Assembly (NCBI RefSeq): GCF_006345805.1
Contig: NC_043004.1
Location: 3,844,001 to 3,908,000 of the forward strand
DNA: 64,000 nucleotides
Direction of reading: 5' to 3'
From: Octopus sinensis
Taxonomy: Eukaryota
The position numbers and the translations under genes were made by a program. Of this stretch, positions 27,116 to 41,274 are shown one piece after another (the stretch's first letter is position 1; every line of letters begins with the position of its first letter). The notes beneath the pieces are model-generated. The model was not told the DNA's origin. It was given only the letters and a program-made list of their open reading frames with translations, and made no database searches.

Positions 27116-29978
27116 ATAATATATACATATAGATATGTATATAGATATGTGTGTTTATGCATGTGTGTGTGTGTGTGTGTGTGCGTGTGTAATCTAATTT
27201 TGAGCGAACTCTTCATTTACTATTTATCCAAGGAAAGAAAAGATGAGAGAAAAAGTAAAATAAAAGGAGTCAAACGAAAATGTGAGTGAGCCGAGGGGTT
27301 AGGGGGAGCGCGGGGATGGGAAAAAAAGAAACGAAATTAAAAAAAGAAAACGGAAGAAGAAATCTCTGTAAATTGTTCTTCAATAAATTAGAAACGGTTC
27401 ACTGATCAATTGTGAAGGTTAACATGCGATCAATAAAAGCAGTCACCATCAGTCATCTGTCAGGATATACAACCAGTTCAGTATTCTTTCCGCCTTTCAG
27501 TTTCTCCAACTAGATCCCCCACCACCACTACCTTCACTTCACGAAATTTTGGGAAAGAGAAAAGATGGCGACTTCGTTTTTCTTTTGTTTTGTTTTACAT
27601 GTTAACTCTGCGCTATTGAAAATTGCAGGGTCAGTCTGTCTGTTAGTGTCTCACTGACCCTATTCATATACAGTAATGTTATGAAATTATAGGGAACAGA
27701 ATGATATCCGTTAATAGATATTTTAGAAGCTTTCGAAAAAAAAAAAAAAACCCATTAAAATATTGTTTCTAATTTAGATGCAAGGCCAGGATCTCCGAAC
27801 GGGGAGAAAGTCGATTGCATTTCTTTCCTTCCTCAATCTTCTGAGATAATTCTTCAACTCATTTTCTCATTCAATTTCACTCAGCCCCACCCTCGGGCAT
27901 CTGGTTTTTCATTTCGTTTCATGTTTGTTTTTTCTTCTACTTTCTCTCTTCTGCTATTGATGGTAGTTTTTCTTTTTTCCAAGAACATTCACCAGAATGG
28001 ATCCAATGCTAAACGTTGTCTTCTAATGTTTCTTTTAATTTTCATCCGTTTGGTATGATTCACTATTTTCGGTTTTCGTTTCCACTGTTGATGAATAAAG
28101 AGGAATTTTTAGGGAATTTCGTTCGTGTTTCAAATACATTTACAATAGCGTCTCCCTAAAATATTCTTGACGTGTTGATGTTATTACGTTACTATGGTGA
28201 TTAAGGAAGTGTAGTTATAGAAATGATAGAAAGTCGGGGCTATAATATTTAGCTTTGTACCAGTATATTCCGAGTTCAAATTCCACTAAGATGGAATTTT
28301 TTTTCGAACATCGGACTTATTATTATCGTTTACTCAGAAGAGAAAGTAAAACACATGACTTTTTTTTAAGGGAGTTGAGAGAGAGCTATAGAGGAAGGTG
28401 TCATTGTTCGAATGATTATAAGAAAGTGGATTTCGCTGAAAGGTCGGATAGTGGAGTTCAGTCAGGGGAAGGATAAAGTCTATCAAACAAGCAAGCCATG
28501 GCAGGAATTGAACTCAGAAAGGAAAGAATAATTTTCATAAGGCACCTCGTACGACACGCTAACGAAAAGTCCTCTCCGTGAAAGATGAAAAGTAAATTGA
28601 CCTCGGTGCAACTCGAACTCAAAATACGAGATATTTGGAGGGGTATTTGGAGAGGAATTTAGGACTATTATGAATGGTCAATAATTTCAGTAGGATCTAT
28701 CTACTACAGTTTCTTCTTGAATACATCACCTACTCCTGAAATATATTCTATGATATTGGTGAGAGGTACGGATGCCTATCTAAGAATTAGCATTATTAAG
28801 TGTTTGAGAAGCACATCATTCCATTCTTTGATAAGCTATTGATCCACCAGAGGTTCGATTCCTGGGGAGATTAAAATACAGCAGATGAAATGTTCCGAAA
28901 TTGTAATTTATATACAGTGATATCTTGCAAAAATACAAAACTACTGATTTCTTAAGGGGAGGGAACAGAGAGATCGAATGGTATTCATTCCCTTCTCAAC
29001 GATTTGTAATGTAACATTTATGCTAAACAGGAATTGAAAACAAGTCCCTGTTTTGGCTGTCATAGAAAGAAGCTCTGTTGTCGTTCCAATATTTATAGCT
29101 TCTTTTCCATTAGGCATAGAATATTCTGAATTTCAGGGACATGAGAAATGAAATGTTGAGATTATTCCATCGTTCCCAAGACCTTTAACAGCATAAATGA
29201 ATAGCAAGGGATTGAAACCTCGTCGCAATTTCATCTTGCTGAGAGCTTGCTTACTTGTTGCGTTTCGCTCTCCGTTAATGGCGACAATGGTCGAAATAAT
29301 GATTTCTTATATTGTCAAAACGTTACAAAGTGTAAGAGGAGGAAGCGAAAGAGGAAAGGAAGGAAGAGAAGGAGGAGGAGGATGGAGAGAAGGGGTGATA
29401 ATAGTGAATTGATGTGAACCCTCACTATATAAGTGGTGCTTATTGAAAATGTAAAAAGAAGGATTTCTTACTCAGGCACAAGACCACCACGAATTTTGCT
29501 AACATCGACCCCAGTACGTGGCTGGTATTTACTTTATCGATCAGATCGAGGAATAAAAACTAAGACAACCTCGGTTAGATTTGAACTCGAAATACAAAAG
29601 AACATTTAACCGTAGCCCTTTACTTCTACGGATCTTGTAACAGCGTAAACAGAATTAGTTTCTTACGGATGCACAAGACATCGACTTTTCTGATTTTGGC
29701 AGCGATCAATGACATCGATCACTGAATGATAAAAAGCAAAGTCGGTCCCAGAGGAATTTGTAACGCGAACGTAAAGTAACGTAACCAAAGACCCCCCAAG
29801 GTATTTTTCCCGACACCTTCTTTAATTCCGACATTTCACTACAAAATATATAAACTCCCATCATGCAATCGGGTATATTTTGCTGTTCAATGTTTGTCGA
29901 AAATATTTCTGTTTATGTTCGTTTGCTTTAAAAAGGCTTGATGAGCAGACAGTGATTCTAATTATTCTAATCTTTGCC

Positions 29979-29979
<1 letters not shown>

Positions 29980-30021
<42 letters not shown>

Positions 30022-30025
30022 TCCT

Positions 30026-30085
<60 letters not shown>

Positions 30086-30087
30086 TC
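29980..30087. repeat. (TTTC)n microsatellite (complementary (GAAA)n at 34985-35070)
   Basis: Direct inspection. Confidence 0.95.
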
Positions 30088-30802
30088 ACAGGACTGAAAG
30101 ACTTGGTAAGGGCCACGAGGTGAGGGCGTCTTTCTTCGCCCCTTTATATAGCTGACTCCATGAAAAACCGAGAGGGTGTTGGGTGTGGGGGAAGTGATCG
30201 ACTCCAGTACTTGTGAAGTACTTTGTCGACCCTCGAAGTGTTGAAAATCTAAATTGCCTTTGATAGGATTTGAACCGAGAACACAGAGAACCAGAAGAAA
30301 TATATATAAATAAAAAAAGAAACATTCTATCCTACACTCTCGCGACCCTCCGTCGCCCCTGATCTTCGTTGATACCTTACAAACAATTTCATTTGTCATT
30401 TGAATTTTTATCTTGTGTTGAAGCAACAAAATTCTTCGACTTTTCAAAAAACGAAACAGTCTCAATACGTTGACTCTTTCTTCAATTGACGAAATGAACA
30501 AAACAACAAACAGATAAATAAATAAAAAAACACAACTTTTAACAAGTCTAGGAATTAATTACAAAGAGATACACAAAAACTAACAAAACCTGAAGTCAAT
30601 TTGCTGTTAATCCTTTTACGATAAAACACGAAAGACAGTTTGTGTCGAAAGACATTTAATCAAAACTGCCACAGTTGAACTGATTAAAAGTAGTTGTGTG
30701 TTTTCAAGCATGTTTTTAATATAAAATACGTTTAAATTAAAACCTACTCGTTTTAATTTCTAGCTGCAGTCTTACCTGAAGGCAAGCGACAAAAATAATA
30801 CC

Positions 30803-30934
<132 letters not shown>

Positions 30935-31160
30935 TATATATTCAGACAATTAAAAGATTAAAACGATTCTTTATATATATATATATATATTTTTTTTGTA
31001 ATTGGTTTTGTGTTTTAGGATGATTTGTGATCAAATTGAGAATTCTTTACTTCTGTTATCAATCATGTTTGTCTCTTTGTCTCTGCCTATTAAATCATAC
31101 GATATATATATATATACACACGACATGCATATAAAGACACACACACATACTTTATAATAA

Positions 31161-31232
<72 letters not shown>

Positions 31233-31829
31233 TTTATAAAGTGTGTGTATGAGTGTATCTGTGTGTATGTATGAGTGTGTGATAGTAATGACTTATTATG
31301 TAAACGGTTAAGATCTTGAATATTAAATTGTATAAAAGAAGAATAAAAACGAAAATAGATGTTCCGAGGAGAATCAAGACAAGAATCGGTTGTGGAAATG
31401 ATGCCGAGAAAATGGAGCTGGATTCAATGGGAAACCGAAGTTCAATCATAGATGTCGCCACTAATAAACGGAGACATATACTGCGTTTTGTATGTAGACA
31501 CCTCTGCACAGCGACGTCTACGTCGCCCTTTTGCTTTCATTTTTGCGATTATTGTCTGCAAATATTTGTTTTCATGTATGTTTTTGAGGTGTTTATACCT
31601 TGTGTAGGTACTCTGTTAAATTACGAGTGGAAAAGAAGTTCTTGTTACACAATTTAAGCAATTTTTTTTCATAAACAGAAAAAAAAAAAAGATCCAAAAG
31701 AAATGACTTCTCTTACTCTTTATGTAAGACAACAGCATAGAAAGCATTTTTCAAAAAATAGTTTCATCTGGTAAAAGTGTAGAATGCTAAGAATGAAGTG
31801 AAAACATGTCCAACAAAAACAAAAACAAA

Positions 31830-31961
31830 TGGTGGTGGTGATGATGATGATGATGATGATGATGATGGTGATGATGATGGTGATGATGATGATGGTGATG
31901 ATGGTGATGATGATAATGATGATGATGATGATGATAATGGTGATGATGATGGTGATGGTGA

Positions 31962-31993
<32 letters not shown>

Positions 31994-32165
31994 ATGATGA
32001 TGGTGATGGTGATGGTAATGATGATGATGGTGATGGTAATGATGATGGTGGTGGTGGTGGTGGTGATGATGGGGATGATGGTGATGATGATGATAGTGAT
32101 GATGATGATGATGTGGTGGTGGTGGTGGTGGTGATGGTGATGATGGTGATGATGATGATGATGAT
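31830..32165. repeat. Mosaic (GAT/GGT/AAT)n trinucleotide array
   Basis: Direct inspection; produces spurious poly-D/M/H ORFs. Confidence 0.95.
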
Positions 32166-32601
32166 TACTTCTACTTTTGGAACAAGGCCACAGTGTGTTA
32201 TGACTCGTCACTGAAAGTAACAGAAGCACTCCGTGCACCTGCAGCTTCGTGAACTTGCCGTCCCAGGTTCAACTCTTCCTTAACCTTAGGAAAACAATAT
32301 GGAATAATTCCACTGCCATTCCTACGTTGAATGCAAGAAGGCCGTGTCTTCAAAATGTCTGGCAACCAAATAAGGCCCCTCAAGTTATCCACGATCAACA
32401 GTGGTAACGTTGTGAAACTGAATCTAAAAAATGGGATCTTTGATTCTAGATCGAATCAATTCCATTTCTCTAATTCTGCTACTATTCCTTAGAAAATTAT
32501 CTGCTGTATTACAAGCAAAAGCCTTCGTCTGGAAAGTAGTTTTTCTTCACTCTTATATTCAATGAAAGAATATTTCTACAGAGCAGCAATGCTGAGCGCG
32601 A

Positions 32602-33003
32602 GGCAACGAGTCTACAAATGCACCACAGTTTCATGGCAACAAGTCTACAAATGCACCACAGTTTCATGGCAACAAGTCTACAAATGCACCACAGTTTCAT
32701 GGCAACAAGTCTACAAATGCACCACAGTTTCATGGCAACAAGTCTACAATGCACCACAGTTTCATGGCAACAAGTCTACAATGCACCACAGTTTCATGGC
32801 AACAAGTCTACAAATGCACCACAGTTTCATGGCAACAAGTCTACAAATGCACCACAGTTTCATGGCAACAAGTCTACAAATGCACCACAGTTTCATGGCA
32901 ACAAGTCTACAAATGCACCACAGTTTCATGGCAACAAGTCTACAAATGCACCACAGTTTCATGGCAACAAGTCTACAAATGCACCACAGTTTCATGGCAA
33001 CAA
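32602..33003. repeat. 33-bp minisatellite, 12 full units plus a partial unit (GGCAACAAGTCTACAAATGCACCACAGTTTCAT)
   Basis: Units start at 32602, 32635, 32668, 32701, 32734, 32766, 32798, 32831, 32864, 32897, 32930 and 32963; two adjacent units are 32 bp. Confidence 0.97.
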
Positions 33004-33064
33004 CTCGCGAATAGAGTTAAGCACCACTAAAGTTTCGACTTCCAGCAGTTAATATTTTACTTCA

Positions 33065-33245
33065 CAAAAGCGGCGACAAAATGCTTAGCGGTATTTCGTC
33101 CGACTTTACGTTCTGAGTGCAAATTCCGCTGAGGTCGACTTTGCCTTTCATCCTTTTGGCATCGATAAAATAAGTACCTGTTAAGAACTGGGGTCGATGT
33201 AATCGACTTAACACCTCTCACGAAATTGCCGGACTTGTGTCAACA
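33065..33245 (+). mobile_element. SINE family A
   Basis: Homology to the family A head and core. Confidence 0.8.
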
Positions 33246-33949
33246 TTTCACTTCACGTCCCCCCAACACTCTTGAGAAAGGCATCTATTCCTCACTAAAT
33301 TTGATTCTTGTACCTAATTAGGAAATCAATCAATTCAAGGATATCAAAAATAAATTAAGTCTTCGATCATAACTAAAGCCGTGATAGTCTTTGGGGATTG
33401 CGATTCAGAGAGTATTATTTCCTTTTAACGAAGAGAGAAATTGCGGAATTATTAAGGTGTAATACAAACTTATCGGTTCCGCTGCATGGCTACAGAAAAA
33501 AAAAATTCGAAATCATGTTTCTAAAGAATTTTATTTTACAGAAAGTATCTTTTAAATTCCGTTTAGCTTTTACAGAGATCCATGACATGTATTTGCCTCA
33601 AGTGAGTTCTGAGCCAATAAACTTTGGAAAGCTTTAACAGATATTGAATTATTTCGCAATAAGAAGGGAAAAACTAAGTGAAATCAGAGATGGTATCGAA
33701 AAGGGTCAGATGACTGCAATTTTATGAATTTAAAAAAAATTCCAATTGAAAGTAGAATATTTGAATAAACTGAACACTTTTACCTTCCCCTGTTTATGTC
33801 CTTCAAATCCAGCCCTGATCGAATTTACCTCTCACTACCACCGCTACCTCCGGAATTCGATATGCACTAATTAAGGGCGGAGGTGGATGCAATCTATCGT
33901 AACTCAAATTTTTCTAGCCTTCTATTAATGTAACAAATTATCATTATTG

Positions 33950-34430
33950 TTATTGAATGAGAGAGCAGAGCATGCTATCAAAGTGACACTAGGGTATAAA
34001 TATACGAAGCCTAGTATACTTACTTGTTTACTACCCACAAGGGGCTAAACCCAGAGGGGACAAACAAGGACAGACGAACGGATTAAGTCGATTACATCGA
34101 CCCCAGTGCGTAACTGGTGCTTAATTTATCGACCCCGAAAGGATGAAAGGCAAAGTCGACCTCGGCGGAATTTGAACTCAGAACGCAGCGGCAGACGAAA
34201 TACCGCTAAGCATTTCGCCCGGCGTGCTAACGTTTCTGCCAGCTATACCCATCATGGCTACCCGTCTGATAAGGGTACACAAGGTGCATGCATCACAACC
34301 ATATGTGCGCGACATTGTGATCTCATATCAAGATTAACAGCGCATGACCTTGCAGGTGGGGTCCAGTTAGAATTTTCTTCTGGTCGAGTAGCCCACCCCG
34401 CTCAAAAGGTCCCTGAATAAGGATTGTTCC
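33950..34430. mobile_element. Older interspersed repeat (LINE-derived) interrupted by a SINE at 34022-34245
   Basis: Sequence reads through ...agtatac|ccatcatg... across the SINE, with TATAC duplicated. Confidence 0.45.
34022..34245 (-). mobile_element. SINE family A with the alternative tail (acccacaaggggctaaac)
   Basis: Monomer of the unit that is tandemly repeated at 47151 and 58763. Confidence 0.85.
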
Positions 34431-34602
34431 ATGTACTTCTCGAGATTTTTACTCACTGTTCCTAGGGCTCCGACAATTATTGGTACTACTACTACCACCT
34501 TTTTCATCGACCACAGCTACTTTACCACCCAAGCTAACCTTTCATACCTATAGACTTTTCATTATTATTATCATCATTATTATTATTATCATTATCATAT
34601 TA

Positions 34603-34649
<47 letters not shown>

Positions 34650-34690
34650 CTATTATTATTATCAACAGCATCATCATCATCATCATCATC

Positions 34691-34730
<40 letters not shown>

Positions 34731-34988
34731 ATAAGGCGGCAAACTGACAGAATCGTTAACACACCGGCCAAAATGCTTAGCGACATTTCGTCCGTGTTTA
34801 TGTTCTGGGTTCAAATGTCGCCGAGGGTGAATGGTGGGTGTCGATGTAATCGAGGAGAGATGGGAAGCGACGAGGCAGCATATGTAAGAGGAGAAGCTGT
34901 ATAGAATAGAAGGGAGTTTAGAGAGGCAACGGGATAAAATAATACCCGTATAGAAAGTGAGCGAATGCTAGATATGAAAAGGAAGGAA

Positions 34989-35062
<74 letters not shown>

Positions 35063-35991
35063 AGAAAAGAAAGAAAGGAATTAATAAATGATTTGAAACC
35101 GTGGTAAATGATGAGAAAGTAGTGGGAAGTATCTGATAGTGAGAAGAGAATGAAATATATAAATATTATAAATATATATGGTTGGCCCGGGGGTGGGGGG
35201 TAAAGAAGCAAATTATGTGAATCACTGAGAATAAAGAATGAGAGTAGATGACAAAATAAGAATAAATGAAAGAAAACACTAGAAGCAAATGGAGCCAAAA
35301 TAATAATTAAGAATTTCTGGAAAAAAAACAAAAATAAACCCCGTCGTTTTGACCGGGACCAGACAAGTAATTTTAATGCTGCTTTAAAAGTTCAATTATT
35401 TATTAGAAGATAACTGACGGTGTCATAATTTGGAAACAATGGAACAGAATAAAGAAGAGAGAACGAGATGTAATCTTTTACGGTAACGACTTAACTGCTT
35501 CGCCATTCCCAGTTAATTTAAGAATGCTTGACATTTATTTCGAACAAGAGCGAAACAAATAAATGCTTTTAATGCAGTAAGCTAGTTTCAATCGATTCAA
35601 ATCGATACCCAATCTCTGGTTATACAGAAGGGCATTGTGCCTAACGAGGTGGTACATTAAGTCAGGTGTTAGGATAAAAAAAAGCAAACAAAAACTCATA
35701 TTCTGCTGGTCATGATGCCAAGGGCTCCACTTGATCCGATCAACGAAACAGCCTGCTCGCGAAATTAACGTGCAAGTGGCCGAGTTCTCCACAGACACGT
35801 GCACCTTTAACGTAGTTCTCAGGGAGATTCTGGATGACACAGCATGTAGCAAGGCTGGCCCCTTTGAAAGACGGGTATAACTCCTTTTTGCCATTTGGAT
35901 CAACGTGAAACGAAGTAGATCAGTAAGTTGATTGCCTCAACCCTTATTCGGAGAAATTAAAATATTTAGAACAGACGAGGTTTTATTGTTT

Positions 35992-36300
35992 GTCTTTTAC
36001 TTGTTTTAGTTATTATACTACGGCCATGCTGGAGCACCGTCTTGAAGGGTTTATTCAAGCGAATCGACCCCAGTGTTTTTTCTTTTTTGTTTTAAAGCTT
36101 GATACTTATTCTATAAGTCTCTTTGCTGAACCGCTGGATTACGCCACGTAAACAAACCAACACCGGTTGTCAAGTGGTAGGGAGAACAAACACACACACA
36201 CATTTATTTATGGAGCGGGTTACTCCCAGTTTCCGTCTGCATATCCACTCTCAAGGTTTTATTCCGTCCGAGGCTTAGAGTAGAAGGCACTTGCTCATGA
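35992..36300 (-). mobile_element. SINE family B (diverged, head truncated)
   Basis: Homology to the family B body. Confidence 0.7.
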
Positions 36301-36719
36301 TGTCTCCTTTTTCAATTCACTTATTTCTTAGACTGATCTTTCTGACTTTGTTTCCCTGACCCCTATAAAAGTTTTATGAGTTAGGGGTCTTGGCCAAGGT
36401 AATATCACAGCTCGTATCAGGAGGAACATTCTGCCAACGGTACAGCGCAATCCATTCAGCTACCTAGTTTACTGAGAATATTGGTTCAAATTTTGGCAGA
36501 AGGCTAGCAATTTGGATGGGAAGGGGGTTTAAAAGCGGAATACATCGACCCCAATGATCAACTGGTCCTTATTTGATAGGTACGAGGTATTCATGTCTTC
36601 ACCCACTCAGATTCGTTTTTGACTCATTCTGGGATCGATAAAATAAATATTAGATATTAGGGGTCTGTGTCTCTCTCTGTCTCTGTTTCTCCCTGTCTCT
36701 ATCTGTCAGTCTCTCTCTC

Positions 36720-36796
<77 letters not shown>

Positions 36797-36824
36797 AAAT
36801 AAGCAACAGGATATCAAGAGGTGA

Positions 36825-36910
36825 TGCAGTACGACCGTTTCAAGCGGCTCCATTTAATTGAGCAATGCAATCATTGCATCAATTGAAATGCAGGGCTATC
36901 CTCTGCTGCA
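36825..36910 (-). ncRNA. Degenerate hammerhead ribozyme
   Basis: Minus strand tgcag-CAGAGGA-long stem II (agc/gct, cattt/aaatg, aattga/tcaatt, gcaatg/cattgc)-GAAA-CG-GTC-gtactgca; U4 changed to A and stem III shortened. Confidence 0.45.
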
Positions 36911-37448
36911 TAAATAAATAAATAGAACTTTTTATTCAGTTGGACACATTAATATAATTTTACTCAATGCTCTAATTGAGCAAGAAGATGGAAAGAGTCC
37001 ATGTTGCTACTAATGTAGCTAAGAATATACCACACTTCTAAGAACTGTATGAAGTTTGTTGGGGTCTTAACTGGTAAAGGATTGCGATTCATTTTTAATT
37101 TGTTAGATTTTTATTAACTACCAAATCTAAGACTATAGGACTGTGTCTGTTTAGAATGGGGGGCAGGAGTGAGTTGACAGCACATAGATGGGTATGGTCA
37201 TAAATATTGTCAAGATTTTTAGGATTAGTATAAAGTAACTGTGTATAAAGGAGGCTGGGTAGGGGAAGACCCCCAAATCAAGATGTTAATTACCAGTTAA
37301 AGGGGCAAGACGCTAATAAAACCTATGATGTTAATACAAAGGAAATTATCATGGGGTACTATGGGTGATTGTTTATAAACAATATTGTTATGTTGTATAA
37401 AGATAAAATTTAAGATTATTAAAAATGATATTATAACCAGAATAGATA

Positions 37449-37511
<63 letters not shown>

Positions 37512-37713
37512 CTAATTTTCAACATTAGAAAGGGAAGATTACATAGAATTAGTTTAATATTCATTCATGTTGTACCTAATAATTTACTTGTTAGGTGGTT
37601 TTTATAAAGACTGCTCTGAGTATTTACTTATAGAATATTGGGGCGATAAATCATGCTATCTATATATTAATTTTAAGCTAAGAATCAGAAAAAAACGGAA
37701 AAAATTATGTACA

Positions 37714-37745
<32 letters not shown>

Positions 37746-37984
37746 TATATATATACATTGCATATATACATATATATATACATATATATATACATGCATA
37801 TGAGCATATACATACATATATACATACACACACATACCCGTAGATACAAAAATATGCGTGTGTGTATGTGTGTGAATGTGTACGTATGCATGTAGACATT
37901 CGCGACATCTAATGAGTGAAGCAGAGTTGGAAGATGATGTAATCAAAAAAAGTTACAGACAAATGGAGACATGTGATTTAGGCA

Positions 37985-38026
<42 letters not shown>

Positions 38027-38115
38027 TTAATCTGTAATCACACACTATTGTGCATATGTACCCTTGCACGCAAACTTGCAGACATAAAGAGGGCTGATGA
38101 TGTTTGTAAAGTTGA

Positions 38116-38205
<90 letters not shown>

Positions 38206-39665
38206 AAGGAGTAAAGTGAGAATTCATAACTAACACACTTCATTAATTACGAAAGCTAGCAGTCCCTATGTGCGACCTGCTTATCAGGTGTAATTAATTA
38301 ATTAAATTGAGTAAAAATGTCCAAAGTCTGCGAGATATGACAGAGTCATTATCTTTCCGAAACAGATTCTATATTATCGCACTGGAACCATGAGGGTGGC
38401 GTAATGCCCGGAACTGTGACAATGGCGTAACATAAACGGCCATAATTCTCTACTAAAAATGGGCGTCCATGTTATAAAACCTCATTATTATAATGATTAG
38501 AATGGTGGTGAGAGTAGAGGCTTGGCAAACTCAGTTGAGCATCGGATAAAATATTTTGCCGTATGTTTACCGGCTCTTTTCGATAAAATAAAATAGCAGT
38601 GAAGTACTGGGATCGATTTAATCGATTAACGTTTCCCTGATAATTGCAGGCCTCGTGCTTAAATTAGAAGGGATTTTGATAGTCAGAAAGGCTGTAGGTT
38701 GGCAGATTCGTTAATGACGGTCAAAATGCAGAATTTGTCCGGAGGTCATTACATTTTGCGTTCAAACTCGACCGAGGTGAACTGTACCATTTAACTTTCA
38801 AGGTCGACAAAATAAAGGATCAGGAAAGTGCTTGGGATGATTTTATCGACTAACTCCCTACCCCACCCCACCCCGCCTCGGAATCTGCGACCTCGTACCT
38901 ATGAGGAATCTGTGATCTCGCACCTAGGGGTGATCGTTGTTAGGGTTGTGGATAACAGAATCTGCAGAAATCCGGACAAAATGTTATAAATCTTTCCCGG
39001 ATTAAGTTTACTTTTTCTTTTGTCCGGATTGATAACACTAGAATTTCATATTTTCCTAGTCGAAGTTGACTTTATTTTCATCCTTTCGAGGGCGATGAAA
39101 TAAGTACCAGTACTGGGGTCGACGTAATTGACCTTTCCTCTTCCCAGACATTTTAGGCCTTGTGCCAAAGCAGAACGGTTTTGATTGAAGCAATTTCATT
39201 TTAGATATATCTCTAATAGCCTTGGAAAAGCATAAACATCACAACTTCCATACTGAAATACAGAGAATGTGTGTGAAACCAGGAAGCAACATTATCTATC
39301 TAAATTCCTTTCTATAAAGTACAGAGAGAGCAAGATGATTGTAGGGATGTGGCAAGATGTCGCCATTTCGATTACTTGGTTCAGGTCGTGCTGTCGCCGC
39401 AATAGGAGAGGCCCATGACCTTTTATCGAGCTTCTGACTCTGGTTCAAGGAAGGAAGATATTCTCAACCCGAAAACCTGATCTGAAAGCTTTCAACAGTT
39501 AAACTTTGTTAGAGGCACCCCATCACAAATTAAACCGTAGCAGGATTTGAACTCGGAGCGCAAAACGCTGGAATAAATGCCGCACGACAATCCGTCTGAC
39601 GCTCTCCCGCTTCCACCAATCTACGCCATTAAACTGGATCGACGTTTGCTTTACAGAGTTGACCA

Positions 39666-39759
39666 CAGAGAATCAACCGAACCGGCAGAGAGTCGACAGA
39701 ACCGACAGAGAGTCGACAGAACCGGCAGAGAGTCAACAGAACCAAAAGAGAGTCAGACG
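39666..39759. repeat. 20-bp minisatellite, about 4.7 diverged units (CAGAGAGTCGACAGAACCGG)
   Basis: Direct inspection. Confidence 0.9.
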
Positions 39760-39998
39760 AAACGTATTGAACAAGTTTGTCTTTGGTCTGCCATTCCATC
39801 ACCTCAGGCAAATTCCTCACCATTTTGGTTCGCGTTCAGTATTTCATGAGAAGTTAAGGCTTGTTTTGGTGACCAAACAAAAACTCAACACAGATTCCGA
39901 ACGGAGGCCCTTTATTTATGCAAAATACGTTTATCAAATGAATTTTGATGTACACACATATTTATGAACATGTCTTTCTTTAGCGGTGTATTACATAA

Positions 39999-40043
<45 letters not shown>

Positions 40044-40497
40044 TACATACACATATACAGACACAAATAATTTTATTACAGAACAATTATATTATGAAAT
40101 TATATAACATACAGGCTACAATTACGTACACACAAGCACACACACACACACATTCACATACACATACACACACTGGTATATTGTATGACGACACGTGCAA
40201 GAAAAACATGAGTAGAGAGAGAATTCCAGTGGGGTGAGGGTCATGTAAGGAAGGACTGGGTGATTAGTAGAGGAGGTGGTAGGGCTGAACAAAAAAGGGG
40301 GATGGAAAGAGGAGAGAGTAGTGCGTCGGGAATGCCTGAGTGGTGGCAGCAGTCAGAACTAAACAGTTCTGAGGAGCAAAGATTATTATAATAACTGGGA
40401 GTGGGGGGGAGACAGGCAGACAGACAGACATACAGACAGACAGACAGACAGACAATCTCAGTCGAATGACGAAAAGAAGTAAAAGATAAAAGATAAA

Positions 40498-40531
<34 letters not shown>

Positions 40532-41274
40532 ATACACACACACATATATATATATATATAGACATATATAACACGCGTAAGCATCTACATAAATATGTGT
40601 ATATATGTGTATGTGTGTATGCATGTATGAGAGTGTGTGGTGCATATATGCACGTGTATGATTATGTACATAGCTGTGTGTGTGTGTGTGTTTGTGTGTG
40701 TGGTGATTTTATTTTGACACATATGCACGCGTACATAGAAAATAAAATAAACATGAAAAAAAGCTACATACTTAAACATGTATCTGTTATCGAATACGAT
40801 TGTTGTTTCGTTTAATACATATAAAAATAAATATTTAATTCTTAATAAGCTTCTTCCATTGAATAAATGTGTCTTTAAAGAACAATTGTTTTAATGAGAT
40901 AATTGTTGGCAGCCATTTCTTTCCTTTCACCAATTTACCTTTATCTCCTTCTCTCACGAATTCGATAAAATTATTTAATGAAATACTAAAAATAAAATTA
41001 TTTAATAAAATACAAAACTAAACTCTAAAATGAAACATAGAATAAAGCGTTTATTTTATTTTATTTTTTTCATTTTATTCATTATAAACTAATTCTGAGA
41101 CATATTAATTACGAAACGTTGGCTGATTTCGTTTGACTTGAATCTCATTCTAGGCATGTAATATGCTGTGGTTGTTGTTATTTGGCCTTTGTCGTCTCTG
41201 GATAAAAAAAAATGAGACCTATAATGAAGAGAGTTCCAATCTTGACGATGTTGCAGTTTATTCACACATACACA

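Noticed and set aside
32245-32403. Open frames bounded by splice-like sites on both strands
   Set aside because: No recognisable protein; both strands are equally plausible, which suggests chance or LINE debris
32602-33003. CRISPR array, or a coding repeat (11-aa period ORFs)
   Set aside because: No unique spacers and a eukaryotic context; two 32-bp units break the frame
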